A stretch of DNA of 42,676 bases from a virus. Lineage: Duplodnaviria; Caudoviricetes. The notes under the pieces are model-generated. The model was not told the origin of the DNA and made no database searches. It worked only from the letters and a program-made list of their open reading frames with translations. A program made the position numbers and the translations under genes. Positions 15,211 through 25,377 of this stretch are shown here, piece by piece; position 1 is the stretch's first letter, and the number at the start of each line of letters is the position of its first letter. The stretch covers positions 1 through 42,676 of IMG/VR virus record IMGVR_UViG_3300037604_000092. One strand, 5' to 3'.

Positions 15211-15855
15211 ATGAGCGTGAAAGACGACATTTTGGCGTTGAGCAATGCCGATCTAAACGATCTGTTCTTGCAATGGCTGGCCCGCCTGGTGCCTGCCAGC
15301 CTGCGCACATGGATTTTGGCTGCGTTCAAATCGCTGAGCAATGCGGATAAGCGCAAGCTGCTGGAAGAAGAGCCCAGCGCGCTGAAAAACCAGGAGCGGC
15401 GCGAGGCGGATATTTTGGCGGCGACCAACGCCATCACCACCGCCATTCAAGAACGGGACTTCCTGAGCGATACGATCATTCAGGAGGTGGGCACGCTGCG
15501 CAGCCTGGTGCGCGCGCAGGTGCTGGGCATCCCAACCGCGTTTTTCGCCGAGATGTCGCCAGAACGGCAAGTGGAGGTGGCAGACAAGGCGCAGGCGATG
15601 CTGGGCGGTGCCCTCGCGCAGCGCAACGCCATGCAGGCCATTCAAGCGGCCAATGCCAGCGTGCTTGCCGGGCTATCGGCCCAAGCGGCGGCGAGCAGCG
15701 ATGAGCAAGAGCAGGCGGCGCTTGCCAGCGCGATCAACCTGCTGACACAGACCAATGCGCGGATTGGCGATATGGTGACGAATTACAGCCAGGTGATCGA
15801 AGAGGCCGGCACGATGATTGCTGGCTATCAAGCTGTGATGACGCCGGCGCCCTAG
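15211..15855 (+). CDS. Alpha-helical hypothetical protein
   Basis: GGAG RBS before ATG 15211; Ala/Gln-rich helical sequence. Confidence 0.75.
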   Translation: MSVKDDILALSNADLNDLFLQWLARLVPASLRTWILAAFKSLSNADKRKLLEEEPSALKNQERREADILAATNAITTAIQERDFLSDTIIQEVGTLRSLVRAQVLGIPTAFFAEMSPERQVEVADKAQAMLGGALAQRNAMQAIQAANASVLAGLSAQAAASSDEQEQAALASAINLLTQTNARIGDMVTNYSQVIEEAGTMIAGYQAVMTPAP

Positions 15856-15858
15856 CCC

Positions 15859-17553
15859 ATGGCCCAGGCGCATGATTTTGCCGATGGCGCGGATGGCGGG
15901 CTGACCATCGCAGCCAATGCGGCCAAGACGGTCTATGACGCCAATGGCGTACCCGCCCTGGCGGGGGCGGGCCATGTCAGCCATGATGAAGGCACGGGCG
16001 CGAACCCGCATTTGTTGCTTGTCGGCGCGGCGGAACAGGTGTGCGAATATCCGGTGTCTTTTGGCAACTGGACGAGTGGCGGTGTGACGCTAACCGACCT
16101 TGGTCAAGACGGTATTTTTCGCAAAGGGCGCATGCAATCTAACGGCCAGTCCTGGCACGCCGCGCGAGATTGGAATGGCACAAATGATCTTGTGCTTTCA
16201 GCCAATGATGAATTTACCATCACTTGGTGGTTTGATGAGACAACGCGCACGATGTCGCCGCGCTTAAGTCTTCGGGGCGGCGGCGGGTTTTTTAATATAA
16301 ATGGTGTTGGGGGTAGCGGCGGTATAGGCCTGTCTAATAGCAGCGATTATACCTTTATCAGCACTGAATTTGAAGAAGTGCGCGCCGACATGTGGCGCAA
16401 GAGTGTCACCGCGCGCGCCAATGCGGCGATGACGATCGAAGGGCTGACCATTGAGGCCCGCACAACCAGTAGCGCGCCGATCGCTGACCTTTACGGCGCG
16501 CAAATTACGAACCTGGGCTATTATGACGGCGCAATTGCGGGCTATTCGCGCGCAGCTGATGTTATCACGGCCCTGAGCGTTTCAGCCCAAACGGCGGGTG
16601 CGTTGGTGGCGCGCTATGATGCGCTGCATGGTAGCGGAGATATCATCGGCCTGCGCAGCAACGCGGCGCCCGCGCGGCGCATGGCGATTGCGCGCAATGA
16701 AACGGCCAACCAGATCCAGGCCGTGGCCCACGATGGCACCACGGAAATTGTCAATTTAGGCGCCACGCAGACCGATACGATCAAGCATGTGGCGTTTGGC
16801 TTTGATCAAGATGATTTTGGCGCCAGCATCGACAATGCGGCGGCACTGACCGACACGGCGGGCACCTTTGGCGCGCTGGATGAGCTGTATATCGGCGACG
16901 GGCCGGGCGTGCTCAAGCTGTATGCTTATAGCCTGCTAGATGACAAGCCCAGCAATGCGGACCTGGCCACCCTGGTGGCCGGGGAAGCGCCGGCGGCGGG
17001 CACGACTGTGGAAATAGGGCTGGCGTCTGAGACCAGCGCTGGCCAGGCCTTGTCGGCAACGAAGCTGGGCGCGCTGGGGATCGGCGGCGCGAGTGAACTG
17101 GCGCAACCGCTAGCAGCGGAGAAGATTGTTGCGCTCTTGCCAGCGCTGGGGACGGACCAAGCGCAGGCCATTGGCGCAATCACCCTGGTTGAGCTTGGGC
17201 TGGCCAGCGAGAGCGCGAGCGCTTTTGCGTTGACGTCTCAACGCACGGCCGAGCTCGGCATCGCAGTCACGTTAGACGAAGCCCCAGCGCTGGGAAGCGC
17301 GGTTTTGGCACAGATTGGACTGGCCAGCGAGGCGGCCAGCGCCATCGGCATGACCGCGGGCAAGGCGGCGGGGCTGACACCAGCGCTGGACATCGCGCTG
17401 GGCTTTAGCGTGTCAGCATCAAAGGCCAGTGCGTTAGGCCAGGCGCAGTGCACGGACCTGCCCTTGGCACTGAGCGCGCAACTGACCGCGCTGGTGCCGT
17501 CGGCCAGGCGCACTCATGTGGCCGAAGCGGCCAATCGAACCGTGATCGTTTAA
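15859..17553 (+). CDS. Virion fibre/spike-like protein (lectin/LamG-like N-part, 20-aa repeat C-part)
   Basis: YGAQI...SRAADVI motif followed by a beta-rich domain; about eight 20-aa repeats (VEIGLASETSAGQALSATK-like) at ~17002-17478. Confidence 0.6.
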   Translation: MAQAHDFADGADGGLTIAANAAKTVYDANGVPALAGAGHVSHDEGTGANPHLLLVGAAEQVCEYPVSFGNWTSGGVTLTDLGQDGIFRKGRMQSNGQSWHAARDWNGTNDLVLSANDEFTITWWFDETTRTMSPRLSLRGGGGFFNINGVGGSGGIGLSNSSDYTFISTEFEEVRADMWRKSVTARANAAMTIEGLTIEARTTSSAPIADLYGAQITNLGYYDGAIAGYSRAADVITALSVSAQTAGALVARYDALHGSGDIIGLRSNAAPARRMAIARNETANQIQAVAHDGTTEIVNLGATQTDTIKHVAFGFDQDDFGASIDNAAALTDTAGTFGALDELYIGDGPGVLKLYAYSLLDDKPSNADLATLVAGEAPAAGTTVEIGLASETSAGQALSATKLGALGIGGASELAQPLAAEKIVALLPALGTDQAQAIGAITLVELGLASESASAFALTSQRTAELGIAVTLDEAPALGSAVLAQIGLASEAASAIGMTAGKAAGLTPALDIALGFSVSASKASALGQAQCTDLPLALSAQLTALVPSARRTHVAEAANRTVIV

Positions 17554-17575
17554 GGCAAAGCAGCAAGGAAGCAGC

Positions 17576-18052
17576 ATGGCAAACGGCATTTTTAATATCG
17601 CAAAGGGGCGCGGCGTTGCGTTCTATGATAATGTGGAAGGCAATAGCCCAGCCAACAGCGCGTTTGTCGTGGTGCTGCTGGTGGCGGCTGAGGCGGATGA
17701 TACGTTGAACAACTATGAGACGCTGGCGGACATCTTGGCCCAGGCGGGCAATACGGAAGCGAGCTTTACCAACTATGCGCGCAAGGTGGTGACGGACGCA
17801 GAGCTCGCGCCGCTGCCAGCGCCGGACAATACCAACAATCGACGGGACTTGCCGTTTCCAGCGCAGACGTTCACCAGCGCGGGCGGCGCGAGCAATCAGA
17901 CTATGGAGAAGGTGCTGATCTGTTATGACCCGGACACGACATCCGGCGATGACAGCGAGATCGTCCCCGTGGGCTATTATGATTATGTGGGCACAACGGA
18001 TGGCTCAGACATTACCATCGAAGCGCCCAGCGGGTTCCTTCGGGCCAGCTAA
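17576..18052 (+). CDS. Phage virion fibre-associated structural protein
   Basis: EASFTNYARK...DGSDITI motifs resemble minor structural proteins. Confidence 0.6.
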   Translation: MANGIFNIAKGRGVAFYDNVEGNSPANSAFVVVLLVAAEADDTLNNYETLADILAQAGNTEASFTNYARKVVTDAELAPLPAPDNTNNRRDLPFPAQTFTSAGGASNQTMEKVLICYDPDTTSGDDSEIVPVGYYDYVGTTDGSDITIEAPSGFLRAS

Positions 18053-18327
18053 TGGACTTTGTGCATCTGCAGAACCCAGACAGCGTGCTGGATCACAGCT
18101 GGGATCTGTCAAGCGAGATGTCTGGCAGCGATGTGATTGCGCTGCGGGAGTTTAGCGTTGTCCCTGCTGGGCTAACGTTTAGCGGCGACAGTGCGTCGGG
18201 CAATGTGGTGACTGTGCTGATCGGCGGCGGTGTGAAGGGCCATAGCTACCGCGTGTCGCTGAAGGCAACGCTGAGCAATGGCCGCGTGATCAAGCGGATG
18301 ACACAGATCCTCTTTGGGGACAGATAA
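18052..18327 (+). CDS. Phage fibre adaptor-like protein
   Basis: NPDSVLDHSWD...VTVLIGGGVKGHSYRV...SNGRVIKR pattern. Confidence 0.65.
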   Translation: MDFVHLQNPDSVLDHSWDLSSEMSGSDVIALREFSVVPAGLTFSGDSASGNVVTVLIGGGVKGHSYRVSLKATLSNGRVIKRMTQILFGDR

Positions 18328-18693
18328 GTGGCACGCAAGCCGCTGTCAGCGCTCAAGCCTGGCCGCGATCGTCACGCCAAAGAGCGCGAGCGCAAAGCGT
18401 TGTTCGATCGTAAGCGTGGCAACGCAGCCAGCCGAGGCTATGGCCGGGCGTGGCGCAAGAGGCGGATGCGGCTGGTGATAGAGCGCGGCTCGGTCTGCGC
18501 GCATTGTGGCTGCGATGTAGTGCTGAGCGAGAAAGAGGCGATAGGATCGATCAGGGTGGCGCACCTGGATCATGAGGTGTCACGGCGTGACGGCGGCTCA
18601 GACGATGACGATAACCTGCAGGTGCTCTGCAACGTCTGCCACAGCAGGAAGACAGCCAAAGAGGATAGCGACTTCGCCAAACGGGCGCGTTGA
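18328..18693 (+). CDS. HNH endonuclease (terminase-associated)
   Basis: RGYGRAW...CAHC...LDH...DDDNLQVLCNVCHSRKT. Confidence 0.92.
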   Translation: MARKPLSALKPGRDRHAKERERKALFDRKRGNAASRGYGRAWRKRRMRLVIERGSVCAHCGCDVVLSEKEAIGSIRVAHLDHEVSRRDGGSDDDDNLQVLCNVCHSRKTAKEDSDFAKRAR

Positions 18694-18848
18694 GTGGCTG
18701 GGGGGGCGGTCGAAACCTCTGGGCCTTTTTCTGCGGAGACCGCGTGTGAAGCTCTTTTTTTGCGCGGACGAAATTACAGGTCGCCAGGGTGCAGAATTGC
18801 TGCGTGACGTTTTAACTAATTGAAAAGAAAGGGAAAAAAGGTGTCAAA
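18694..18848. other. Probable cos (packaging) region
   Basis: Non-coding gap between HNH and terS with a G-tract and T-tracts, as in HK97-like cos phages; exact cut site not determinable. Confidence 0.55.
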
Positions 18849-19268
18849 ATGGCTAGAGGACGAAAGCCCGAAGCGCCCAGTGTGAAAGCCGCTCGCGGAA
18901 CCCTACGCAATGATCGCGATGCAAATAAGATCGAGTATGAGGTTCCCGACGACCCGCCCAAAATCCCAGATACTTTAAGCCCAGGCGGTCAAGCGGTGTG
19001 GGAGCATGAGCTGCCAAACGTCTTGAAAGCGAAGAAAGCAAAGGGTGTCGATAGCTCTTATTTTGCCCGATATTGCGAGCTCGAAAGTATGGCGCTGACC
19101 TGTTTCGCCGCCGAGCCACCCATTGCGCCACCCGCGTCCATGATCAAAGAGATCAACTCCATGGCCGCTGCTTTAGGCATCGCCGGCGCAAGCAGCCGCA
19201 CCCTCGTCATAGAGGCGCCTGCGGAGAAGCCAAAAACAAACCCATTTGCGGGCAATGGAAGACGCTAA
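18849..19268 (+). CDS. terS: Terminase small subunit (P27-like)
   Basis: MARGRKP...RGT...PPKIPDTLS...W...YCE; directly upstream of terL. Confidence 0.85.
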   Translation: MARGRKPEAPSVKAARGTLRNDRDANKIEYEVPDDPPKIPDTLSPGGQAVWEHELPNVLKAKKAKGVDSSYFARYCELESMALTCFAAEPPIAPPASMIKEINSMAAALGIAGASSRTLVIEAPAEKPKTNPFAGNGRR

Positions 19269-20991
19269 AGATTTTGCGAAAATCGCCAACGACTACGCCC
19301 GCGGCGCCGTTGCTGACAAGAAAGGAAAAACACACAGCCTTTATGTAAGGCAGGCCGCCAAACGGCACCTGTCTGACCTTAAAAAACAGCGGCGCAAGGC
19401 TTACCCGTACAAGTTTGACCCCTGGTATGCCAATGATGTCTGCGACGTTGGCGAGAAGATGCCCCATGTGAAGGGCAAGTGGAGCGAAGACAATCTCATT
19501 GTTCTTGAGCCCGCGCAGATCTTCTGGCTTGCCTGCATCTTTGGCTGGCGCAAAAAGTCAGACGAGACACGCCGCTTTACACAGGTTTATATCGAGGTTG
19601 CGCGTAAGAACGCGAAGTCGACGCTGATGGCGATTGTGGCGCACTATTGCCAGAACTGCGAAGGCGAGGTCGGCCCAGAAATCTACATCGCCGCGACCAC
19701 AGGCGCGCAGGCTGACAAAGTGTTCCAGCCCGCCCGCCTGATGGCCTTGAAAACGCCAGAAATGATAGAGGCGTTCGGCCTAAAGGTGTGGGCCCGGTCG
19801 ATTGAAAGCGTTGATAATGGCGGCTTCATGCAGCCGATCAACTCAAAGGCGTCAACGCAAGACGGGCACAACCCGCATGCGGTGATTTTGGATGAGTTTC
19901 ACGCTCATAAAGATCGCGCGCTCTATGATGTTATGGACTCGGCCATGGGCGCGCGGACCAACCCGCTGATGGCGATCATCACCACGGCGGGCTTTAATTT
20001 ATCCAGCGCCTGTTATGAGCTAAGGCAGCTGTTCATCAAGATGCTCGCCGGTGTGGTTGAGCTCGATCATGTGTTTGCCGTTATCTACACGCTCGATGAG
20101 GGGGATGATCCGTTCGATGAAGCGGTTTGGATCAAGGCGAACCCGCTCTTAGGGGTGTCTGTCCAGCTGGATTATATCCGCGCCAAGGCTAAAGAGGCGC
20201 TCAGCAATCCGGGCAGTGAAGGCAACTTTAAGACCAAGCACCTGAACATCTGGCTCAATGCAGCCGGCGCCTGGCTCAACGCTGCCCAATGGGCCGCCTG
20301 TAGCGATGAAAGTTTGGAGCTCGATGACTTCATCGGGCACGTGACCGGGATAGGCATCGATCTGGCCGATAAGGACGATATCGCCGCGCTGGTGGTCGAG
20401 GCCTACAAGGATGACGTCGTCTACTGGTTTGTAAGGTTTTACATTCCTGAGGATATGGTCATTCTGCGAGAAAAAGAGCAGGCAGACCTGTATCAGACCT
20501 GGGTCGATCAAGGTTTTGTTATCGCCACGCCAGGCGATTTTATCGATCACGCGGTGATAGAGGCGGATCTACGCGCTTTGTGTGAAAAGACCGGCTTTAA
20601 CGAACCGATTTTTGACCAATATGGCGGCGCGGAAATCATGGTCAGCCGCCTGAATGAAGACGGCATTGAAGCAAAAAAGCTGCCCAAAAACGCGAAATAC
20701 TACACAGATCCGGCAAAGGATCTAGAGGCCCGCGTCAAGGTCCGCAAATTTAGGCATACAGGTAACCCGGTGATGAACTGGATGGCGTCGAACGTGGTGG
20801 TCGATCGCCGCGTTGACGGCAGTTTGCTGCCCAAAAAAGAGCGCGCCAACTCATCGCTGAAAATAGACGGGATCGATGCCGGCCTGATGGCCAGCTGGCT
20901 GCGTTTGCAGGCGATTGAGGAAGACAACACAGACGATTGGATTGCGAGCCTCAAGAATGAACCTGCTGACCAAAGCAATAACATACCTTAG
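19255..20991 (+). CDS. terL: Terminase large subunit
   Basis: Walker A VARKNAKST, Walker B ILDEFHAH, ITTAG, W-KANP, GIDLA, KIDGIDA. Confidence 0.96.
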   Translation: MEDAKDFAKIANDYARGAVADKKGKTHSLYVRQAAKRHLSDLKKQRRKAYPYKFDPWYANDVCDVGEKMPHVKGKWSEDNLIVLEPAQIFWLACIFGWRKKSDETRRFTQVYIEVARKNAKSTLMAIVAHYCQNCEGEVGPEIYIAATTGAQADKVFQPARLMALKTPEMIEAFGLKVWARSIESVDNGGFMQPINSKASTQDGHNPHAVILDEFHAHKDRALYDVMDSAMGARTNPLMAIITTAGFNLSSACYELRQLFIKMLAGVVELDHVFAVIYTLDEGDDPFDEAVWIKANPLLGVSVQLDYIRAKAKEALSNPGSEGNFKTKHLNIWLNAAGAWLNAAQWAACSDESLELDDFIGHVTGIGIDLADKDDIAALVVEAYKDDVVYWFVRFYIPEDMVILREKEQADLYQTWVDQGFVIATPGDFIDHAVIEADLRALCEKTGFNEPIFDQYGGAEIMVSRLNEDGIEAKKLPKNAKYYTDPAKDLEARVKVRKFRHTGNPVMNWMASNVVVDRRVDGSLLPKKERANSSLKIDGIDAGLMASWLRLQAIEEDNTDDWIASLKNEPADQSNNIP

Positions 20992-22186
20992 GCGCAGCCT
21001 CAGCCTTTCAAATCCGCAAGGCTGGGCCCCGCAATCGCAGATCGCACATAGCGGCGAGCGTGTCAGTGAGGCCAGCGCACTCGGTTTAACGACTATGGTC
21101 GCATGTGTGCGGCTGCTGTCCAGCACTGTCGCGTCATTGCCATTGATGGTCTATCGCAAAGTTGACGGCCTGCCGCAGCCCTATTCACAGCACCCGCTGT
21201 ATACGATTTTGCACGATAGCCCGAATTACGATCAGGGCGCGCTGGATTTTTGGGAGTACGCGCAAGCGTCTCTAGAGCTTTATGGCAACGCTTTTGCAGA
21301 AATCATTCGAACCGGCGGCCGTGTCATCGCCCTGCGCCCGGTACCGCCCAAAGATATGCAGGTGCGGCGCGTTCCGGGCGGCGCGATAGAATATATTTAT
21401 GTCTTTGAAGGCGAGCGAAGGCGCGCCACTGAATCGGATATGCTGCATATTCGAGGGTTTGGCGGTGGTCCTTTAGGCGGCACGTCTGTTTTAAGTCTCT
21501 GCCGTCATGCAATTGGATCGGCCATTGCTGCGCAGCGGGCTGCAGATAAGCACTTTGCCAATGGTGTGAGCCCTTCTGGCTTGCTCCTTTACGATAAGCC
21601 GTTGACGCCTCAGCAGCGCACCGATGTCGAGGCGTTGATGCGCGAGAAATATGTCGGCGCGGTCAATGCTGGCCGGCCGATGGTGCTGGATAATGGCGTT
21701 TCGTTTCAGCAGCTGAGTGTCAGCGCAGAAGACACACAGCTTTTAGAGAGCCGGCGCTTTAGCGTCGAGGAAATCTGCCGCATTTTTGGCGTTCCGCCGC
21801 ATATGGTCGGCCACACCGAAAAGTCCTCCAGCTGGGGCACCGGCCTGGATGAGCAAACGCGCGGCTTTCAAAAATACGCGCTGCGCCCGCGGCTTCGGCG
21901 GCTAGAGCAAGCGCTGATGAAGCAGCTGCTCACGCCGCAAGACCGCGCCAATGGTGTGTTTATTGAATTCAATGTCGATGGCCTGTTGCGCGGTGATCAA
22001 AAAGCGCGCGGCGCGCATTATGAGCGGATGCTGCGCAACGGTGTCATGACTGTCAACGAGGTGCGCGCCAAAGAAAATTTAGCGCCGCTACCAGGCGGGG
22101 ATGTGCCTCGAACTCAAATGCAGAATGTGCCGCTCGCCAGTCAGCAAAGCGCAACCGCAGAAGGACCGCAAAATGAAGAAAATTGA
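20957..22186 (+). CDS. HK97-family portal protein
   Basis: ACVRLLSSTVASLP, LYGNAFAEI, EEICRIFGVPPHMVG, TVNEVRAKENLAP. Confidence 0.96.
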   Translation: MNLLTKAITYLRRSLSLSNPQGWAPQSQIAHSGERVSEASALGLTTMVACVRLLSSTVASLPLMVYRKVDGLPQPYSQHPLYTILHDSPNYDQGALDFWEYAQASLELYGNAFAEIIRTGGRVIALRPVPPKDMQVRRVPGGAIEYIYVFEGERRRATESDMLHIRGFGGGPLGGTSVLSLCRHAIGSAIAAQRAADKHFANGVSPSGLLLYDKPLTPQQRTDVEALMREKYVGAVNAGRPMVLDNGVSFQQLSVSAEDTQLLESRRFSVEEICRIFGVPPHMVGHTEKSSSWGTGLDEQTRGFQKYALRPRLRRLEQALMKQLLTPQDRANGVFIEFNVDGLLRGDQKARGAHYERMLRNGVMTVNEVRAKENLAPLPGGDVPRTQMQNVPLASQQSATAEGPQNEEN

Positions 22187-22853
22187 TCTTGCCTGGGAGT
22201 GTAAAGACGTCTCGGACAGTGGCGAGGTTGAGGGCCTGGCCGCGGCCTATGGAAATGTGGATGCAGGTGGCGACCGGATCCTGCCGGGTGCCTTCGCAGA
22301 GTCTATCAAGAGAAAGCCATCCGTTCCCATGCTGATGGATCACTCGACGGCACGTCCTGTCGGCCTGTGGACAGATCTGCGCGAAACAGACGAAGGCCTC
22401 TATGCGAAGGGCAAGCTGTCACTTGGCTCTATGGAGGGCAAAAGCACGCACGCGCTTGTCTCTGATGGCGCGCTGCGCGGGCTCAGCATTGGCTATAAAG
22501 TTGGCCGCGTGCAGAGGAAGGGCGGCGTGCGAGAAATCGTCAATGCGGATCTCTGGGAAGTGTCGTTTGTCGCCTTCCCTATGAATGAGCTTGCGACGGT
22601 TTCGGCGATAAAATCGATCTTATCAGACGGCGAATTGCCGTCACTCAAACAGTTTGAGGCGTTCCTGCGCGAAGAGGGCGGTTTTTCCCGCTCTTTGGCG
22701 GCGGCTGTTGCCAGCAAGGGCCTGTCTCAACTTCACAACATCCCGTCATCCCAGAGCGAGTCTGGCGACGGTGCGCATGCCGACCAGGGTGAGCCTGAGC
22801 ATGTGTCTAGCGCTGACATTTTGTCAGCCCTCGCGGCGCAATTGAGCGCTTAG
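22173..22853 (+). CDS. HK97-family prohead protease
   Basis: GDRILPGAF, MLMDH, GLSIGY, LWEVSFVAFPMN. Confidence 0.95.
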   Translation: MKKIDLAWECKDVSDSGEVEGLAAAYGNVDAGGDRILPGAFAESIKRKPSVPMLMDHSTARPVGLWTDLRETDEGLYAKGKLSLGSMEGKSTHALVSDGALRGLSIGYKVGRVQRKGGVREIVNADLWEVSFVAFPMNELATVSAIKSILSDGELPSLKQFEAFLREEGGFSRSLAAAVASKGLSQLHNIPSSQSESGDGAHADQGEPEHVSSADILSALAAQLSA

Positions 22854-22876
22854 GTTTAATTCATCAGGAGGCACAT

Positions 22877-24079
22877 ATGCCCGAAACGAAAACAGCTGAG
22901 CAGCTGGCAAGCGAAGTCAAAACCCTGCTCGACACATCCATGGACGAGGTCAAGGGCCTCGCTGAAGAAGCGCTTGGCAAATCCGCCAAAAATGAAGAGC
23001 TCACGACGGCTTTAAAGGCAAACGCCGACGAAGCCCTGGTGAAAATGAATGAAACGCAGGCCATCCTTACTGAGCTGCAGCAGAAAATGTCTCGCTCCAA
23101 TGACGACAGAAAAGAAGCGCTGTCGCCAGGCAAGCAGTACGTTGAAAGCGAGCAGTTTAAATCCATGCAAGACCGGCTTCGCCAGGTTGGCATGGCGGCC
23201 CAGTTTGAACTGAAGGCTATTACCTCTTTAACGACTGATGCTGATGGGTCTGCTGGGGATCTGGCGCGCGAACAGCGTGTCCAATCACCCATGGCCATGC
23301 TGCCGCAGCGGCAAATGACCATTCGCGATCTGCTGGCACCGGGCACTACCGACGCTAAGTCGATTGAGTATGTGCAGCAAACCGGCTTTACAAACGCCGC
23401 CGCTATGGTGGCGGAGGGCGCTCAAAAGCCCGAAAGCACCATGAAGTTTGATCTTGCCACCGCCCCTGTGCGCAAGATTGCGCACCGTGTGGAGGCGTCG
23501 ATGGAGATCCTGGATGATGCACCTGGGCTCGCATCTATGATCGACAACCAGCTGCGATACGGCCTAGCCTTTAAGGAGGAAACCCAGCTCCTCAATGGCG
23601 ATGGAACCGGCCAGAACATTCTTGGTTTGGTGCCTCAGGCGACGGCGTATTCAGCGCCAATTGCCATTTCTGGTGCCACCAGTATCGATTTGATGCGTCT
23701 GGCGCAGCTGCAGGCCGCTTTGGCTGAATATCCTGCCAATGGGCATGTCATGAACCCGATCGACTGGGCGTTCATTGAAATGCTCAAGGATGGTAACGAC
23801 AATTACATCATCGGCCAGCCGCAGGGTGCAACGCCGCCAACCTTATGGCGGCTGCCCGTGGTCACCACACAGGCGATGGAGGTGGATAAGTTCCTCACCG
23901 GTGCTTTCTCCATGGCCGCGCAGGTGTTTGACCGCATGCAGGCCACCATCATGACCTCTTCAGAGAACAAGGATAACTTTGAGAAGAACATGATCACCAT
24001 TCTGGGTGAGGAGCGCTTGGCCCTTGCCGTGTATCGTCCAGAATCCTTTGTCTACGGCGACTTTGGCCGCGTCACTTAA
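22877..24079 (+). CDS. HK97-family major capsid protein
   Basis: N-terminal delta-domain coiled coil, VAEGAQKPES, QLLNGDGTG, EERLALAVYRPESFV. Confidence 0.96.
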   Translation: MPETKTAEQLASEVKTLLDTSMDEVKGLAEEALGKSAKNEELTTALKANADEALVKMNETQAILTELQQKMSRSNDDRKEALSPGKQYVESEQFKSMQDRLRQVGMAAQFELKAITSLTTDADGSAGDLAREQRVQSPMAMLPQRQMTIRDLLAPGTTDAKSIEYVQQTGFTNAAAMVAEGAQKPESTMKFDLATAPVRKIAHRVEASMEILDDAPGLASMIDNQLRYGLAFKEETQLLNGDGTGQNILGLVPQATAYSAPIAISGATSIDLMRLAQLQAALAEYPANGHVMNPIDWAFIEMLKDGNDNYIIGQPQGATPPTLWRLPVVTTQAMEVDKFLTGAFSMAAQVFDRMQATIMTSSENKDNFEKNMITILGEERLALAVYRPESFVYGDFGRVT

Positions 24080-24150
24080 CGGACAACCACCGAGAAGCCT
24101 GTCCAGGTTACGGCCTGGGCAGGCGCCATTAACCCACTTTGGAGAGAGAC

Positions 24151-24432
24151 ATGTCCCTAACAGCCTACATCGTAGCGCGGCGCCATGATGGCGATAAAGA
24201 ATACCGCCCAGGCGATACCCGTGAAGCCCGGCCCACAGATGTGGCCCACCTGGTGCGGATGGGTGTACTTGTAGAACCAGAAGCAAAACCAGAGACCAGC
24301 AAAGCGCCTGCGCCTAAGAAGACGCCGCCCAAAAAAGCCCCGGCTCCCAAAAAGGCGCCCGCCAAAAAAGCACCGGCAAACAAAGCGCTGGAAAAGCCCG
24401 CAACGGGCGGCAATCCGTCGAGCGGCGACTAA
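24151..24432 (+). CDS. Small head-region protein with a Lys/Ala/Pro-rich tail
   Basis: YRPGDTRE...HLVRMGVL then KKAPA repeats; GGAGAG RBS. Confidence 0.75.
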   Translation: MSLTAYIVARRHDGDKEYRPGDTREARPTDVAHLVRMGVLVEPEAKPETSKAPAPKKTPPKKAPAPKKAPAKKAPANKALEKPATGGNPSSGD

Positions 24433-24438
24433 GACCGC

Positions 24439-25029
24439 ATGACGCTGACAAAGCTATCAGGCCCGGATCATGAGGCCCTGTCTCTACCGGAGGTAAAACA
24501 GCGTCTGCACATCATCGGCAACGACGACGACGCAGATCTGCTGGCTCTGATTATGTCAGCACGCGAGCAGCTGGAGGGCGATAGCGGTTATCTGGGTCGC
24601 TGCCTGTTATCGCAAACCTGGTCTCTCGACTTAGAGAAGTTTGTTCCAGAGATCCGTGTGCCGCTGCCGCCGCTACAGATGGTCACGGCGGTTCAATATT
24701 ATAACGAGCAGGATGTTCTCACCACGGTCACCACGACCGTTTATGAGGAGATACGCCCAACAAACAGTTGGGGCTGTATTCGCCTGCTCGGCAATCAAGA
24801 CTGGCCGACGGATATCAGCGCCACGCGCTCTGAGCCCGTCAAAATCACGTTTAAGGCAGGCTATGGCGATGATTGGAATGCGGTTCCTTATCCGATCCGC
24901 CAGGCCATGCTGATCAGCATTGGCCAGGCTTGGCTTCACCGTGAGGGCTTTGTGGAAGGCGCGATCACGCACCTGCCCATCACAGCGGAGAAGCTGCTGG
25001 GGCAATATCGTATGGAGCGCGTCGGATGA
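24439..25029 (+). CDS. Head-tail connector (gp6-like)
   Basis: LSLPEVKQRLHI...DDADL...TFKAGYG...VPYPIRQAML. Confidence 0.9.
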   Translation: MTLTKLSGPDHEALSLPEVKQRLHIIGNDDDADLLALIMSAREQLEGDSGYLGRCLLSQTWSLDLEKFVPEIRVPLPPLQMVTAVQYYNEQDVLTTVTTTVYEEIRPTNSWGCIRLLGNQDWPTDISATRSEPVKITFKAGYGDDWNAVPYPIRQAMLISIGQAWLHREGFVEGAITHLPITAEKLLGQYRMERVG

Positions 25030-25361
25030 GGCCTGGTGCTGGTTGGCGCAATCAGCGCGTGGCGATCTTAAAGCGCTCAGAGGACCTAGATGAGTTTGGG
25101 CAGCGATCGACGCAGTTCACAGTGCATCGTGAGTTCTATGCATCCATGAAACCCGTGGCGGGCCGTGAGAGTGCATCGACCGGACAGCTAAGGGCGCTGC
25201 AAACCTATCTGGTCATCGTCCCTTATGTAGACGGTCTCGATAAAACCATGATCCTCCAGTGGGGCGATGAGCGCCTAAACATTCTGTCGATCACAGACAG
25301 AGACATGCGGCGACAGTTTTTAACGCTGGAATGCGCTGAGAGCGACGGCAGCAGTTTTTAA
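25026..25361 (+). CDS. Head closure protein (SPP1 gp16-like)
   Basis: DEFGQ...PVAGRE...LTLEC; position. Confidence 0.85.
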   Translation: MRPGAGWRNQRVAILKRSEDLDEFGQRSTQFTVHREFYASMKPVAGRESASTGQLRALQTYLVIVPYVDGLDKTMILQWGDERLNILSITDRDMRRQFLTLECAESDGSSF

Positions 25362-25377
25362 CAAGGACTAATGGCAC

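Noticed and set aside
15012-15446. Minus-strand ORFs across the tRNA-downstream region
   Set aside because: Overlap the terminator and the 15211 gene in antisense; no RBS or motifs
19597-19623. Terminase Walker A with Ala instead of Gly (RKNAKST) as an inactivating change
   Set aside because: This variant occurs in this terminase family and the other motifs are intact
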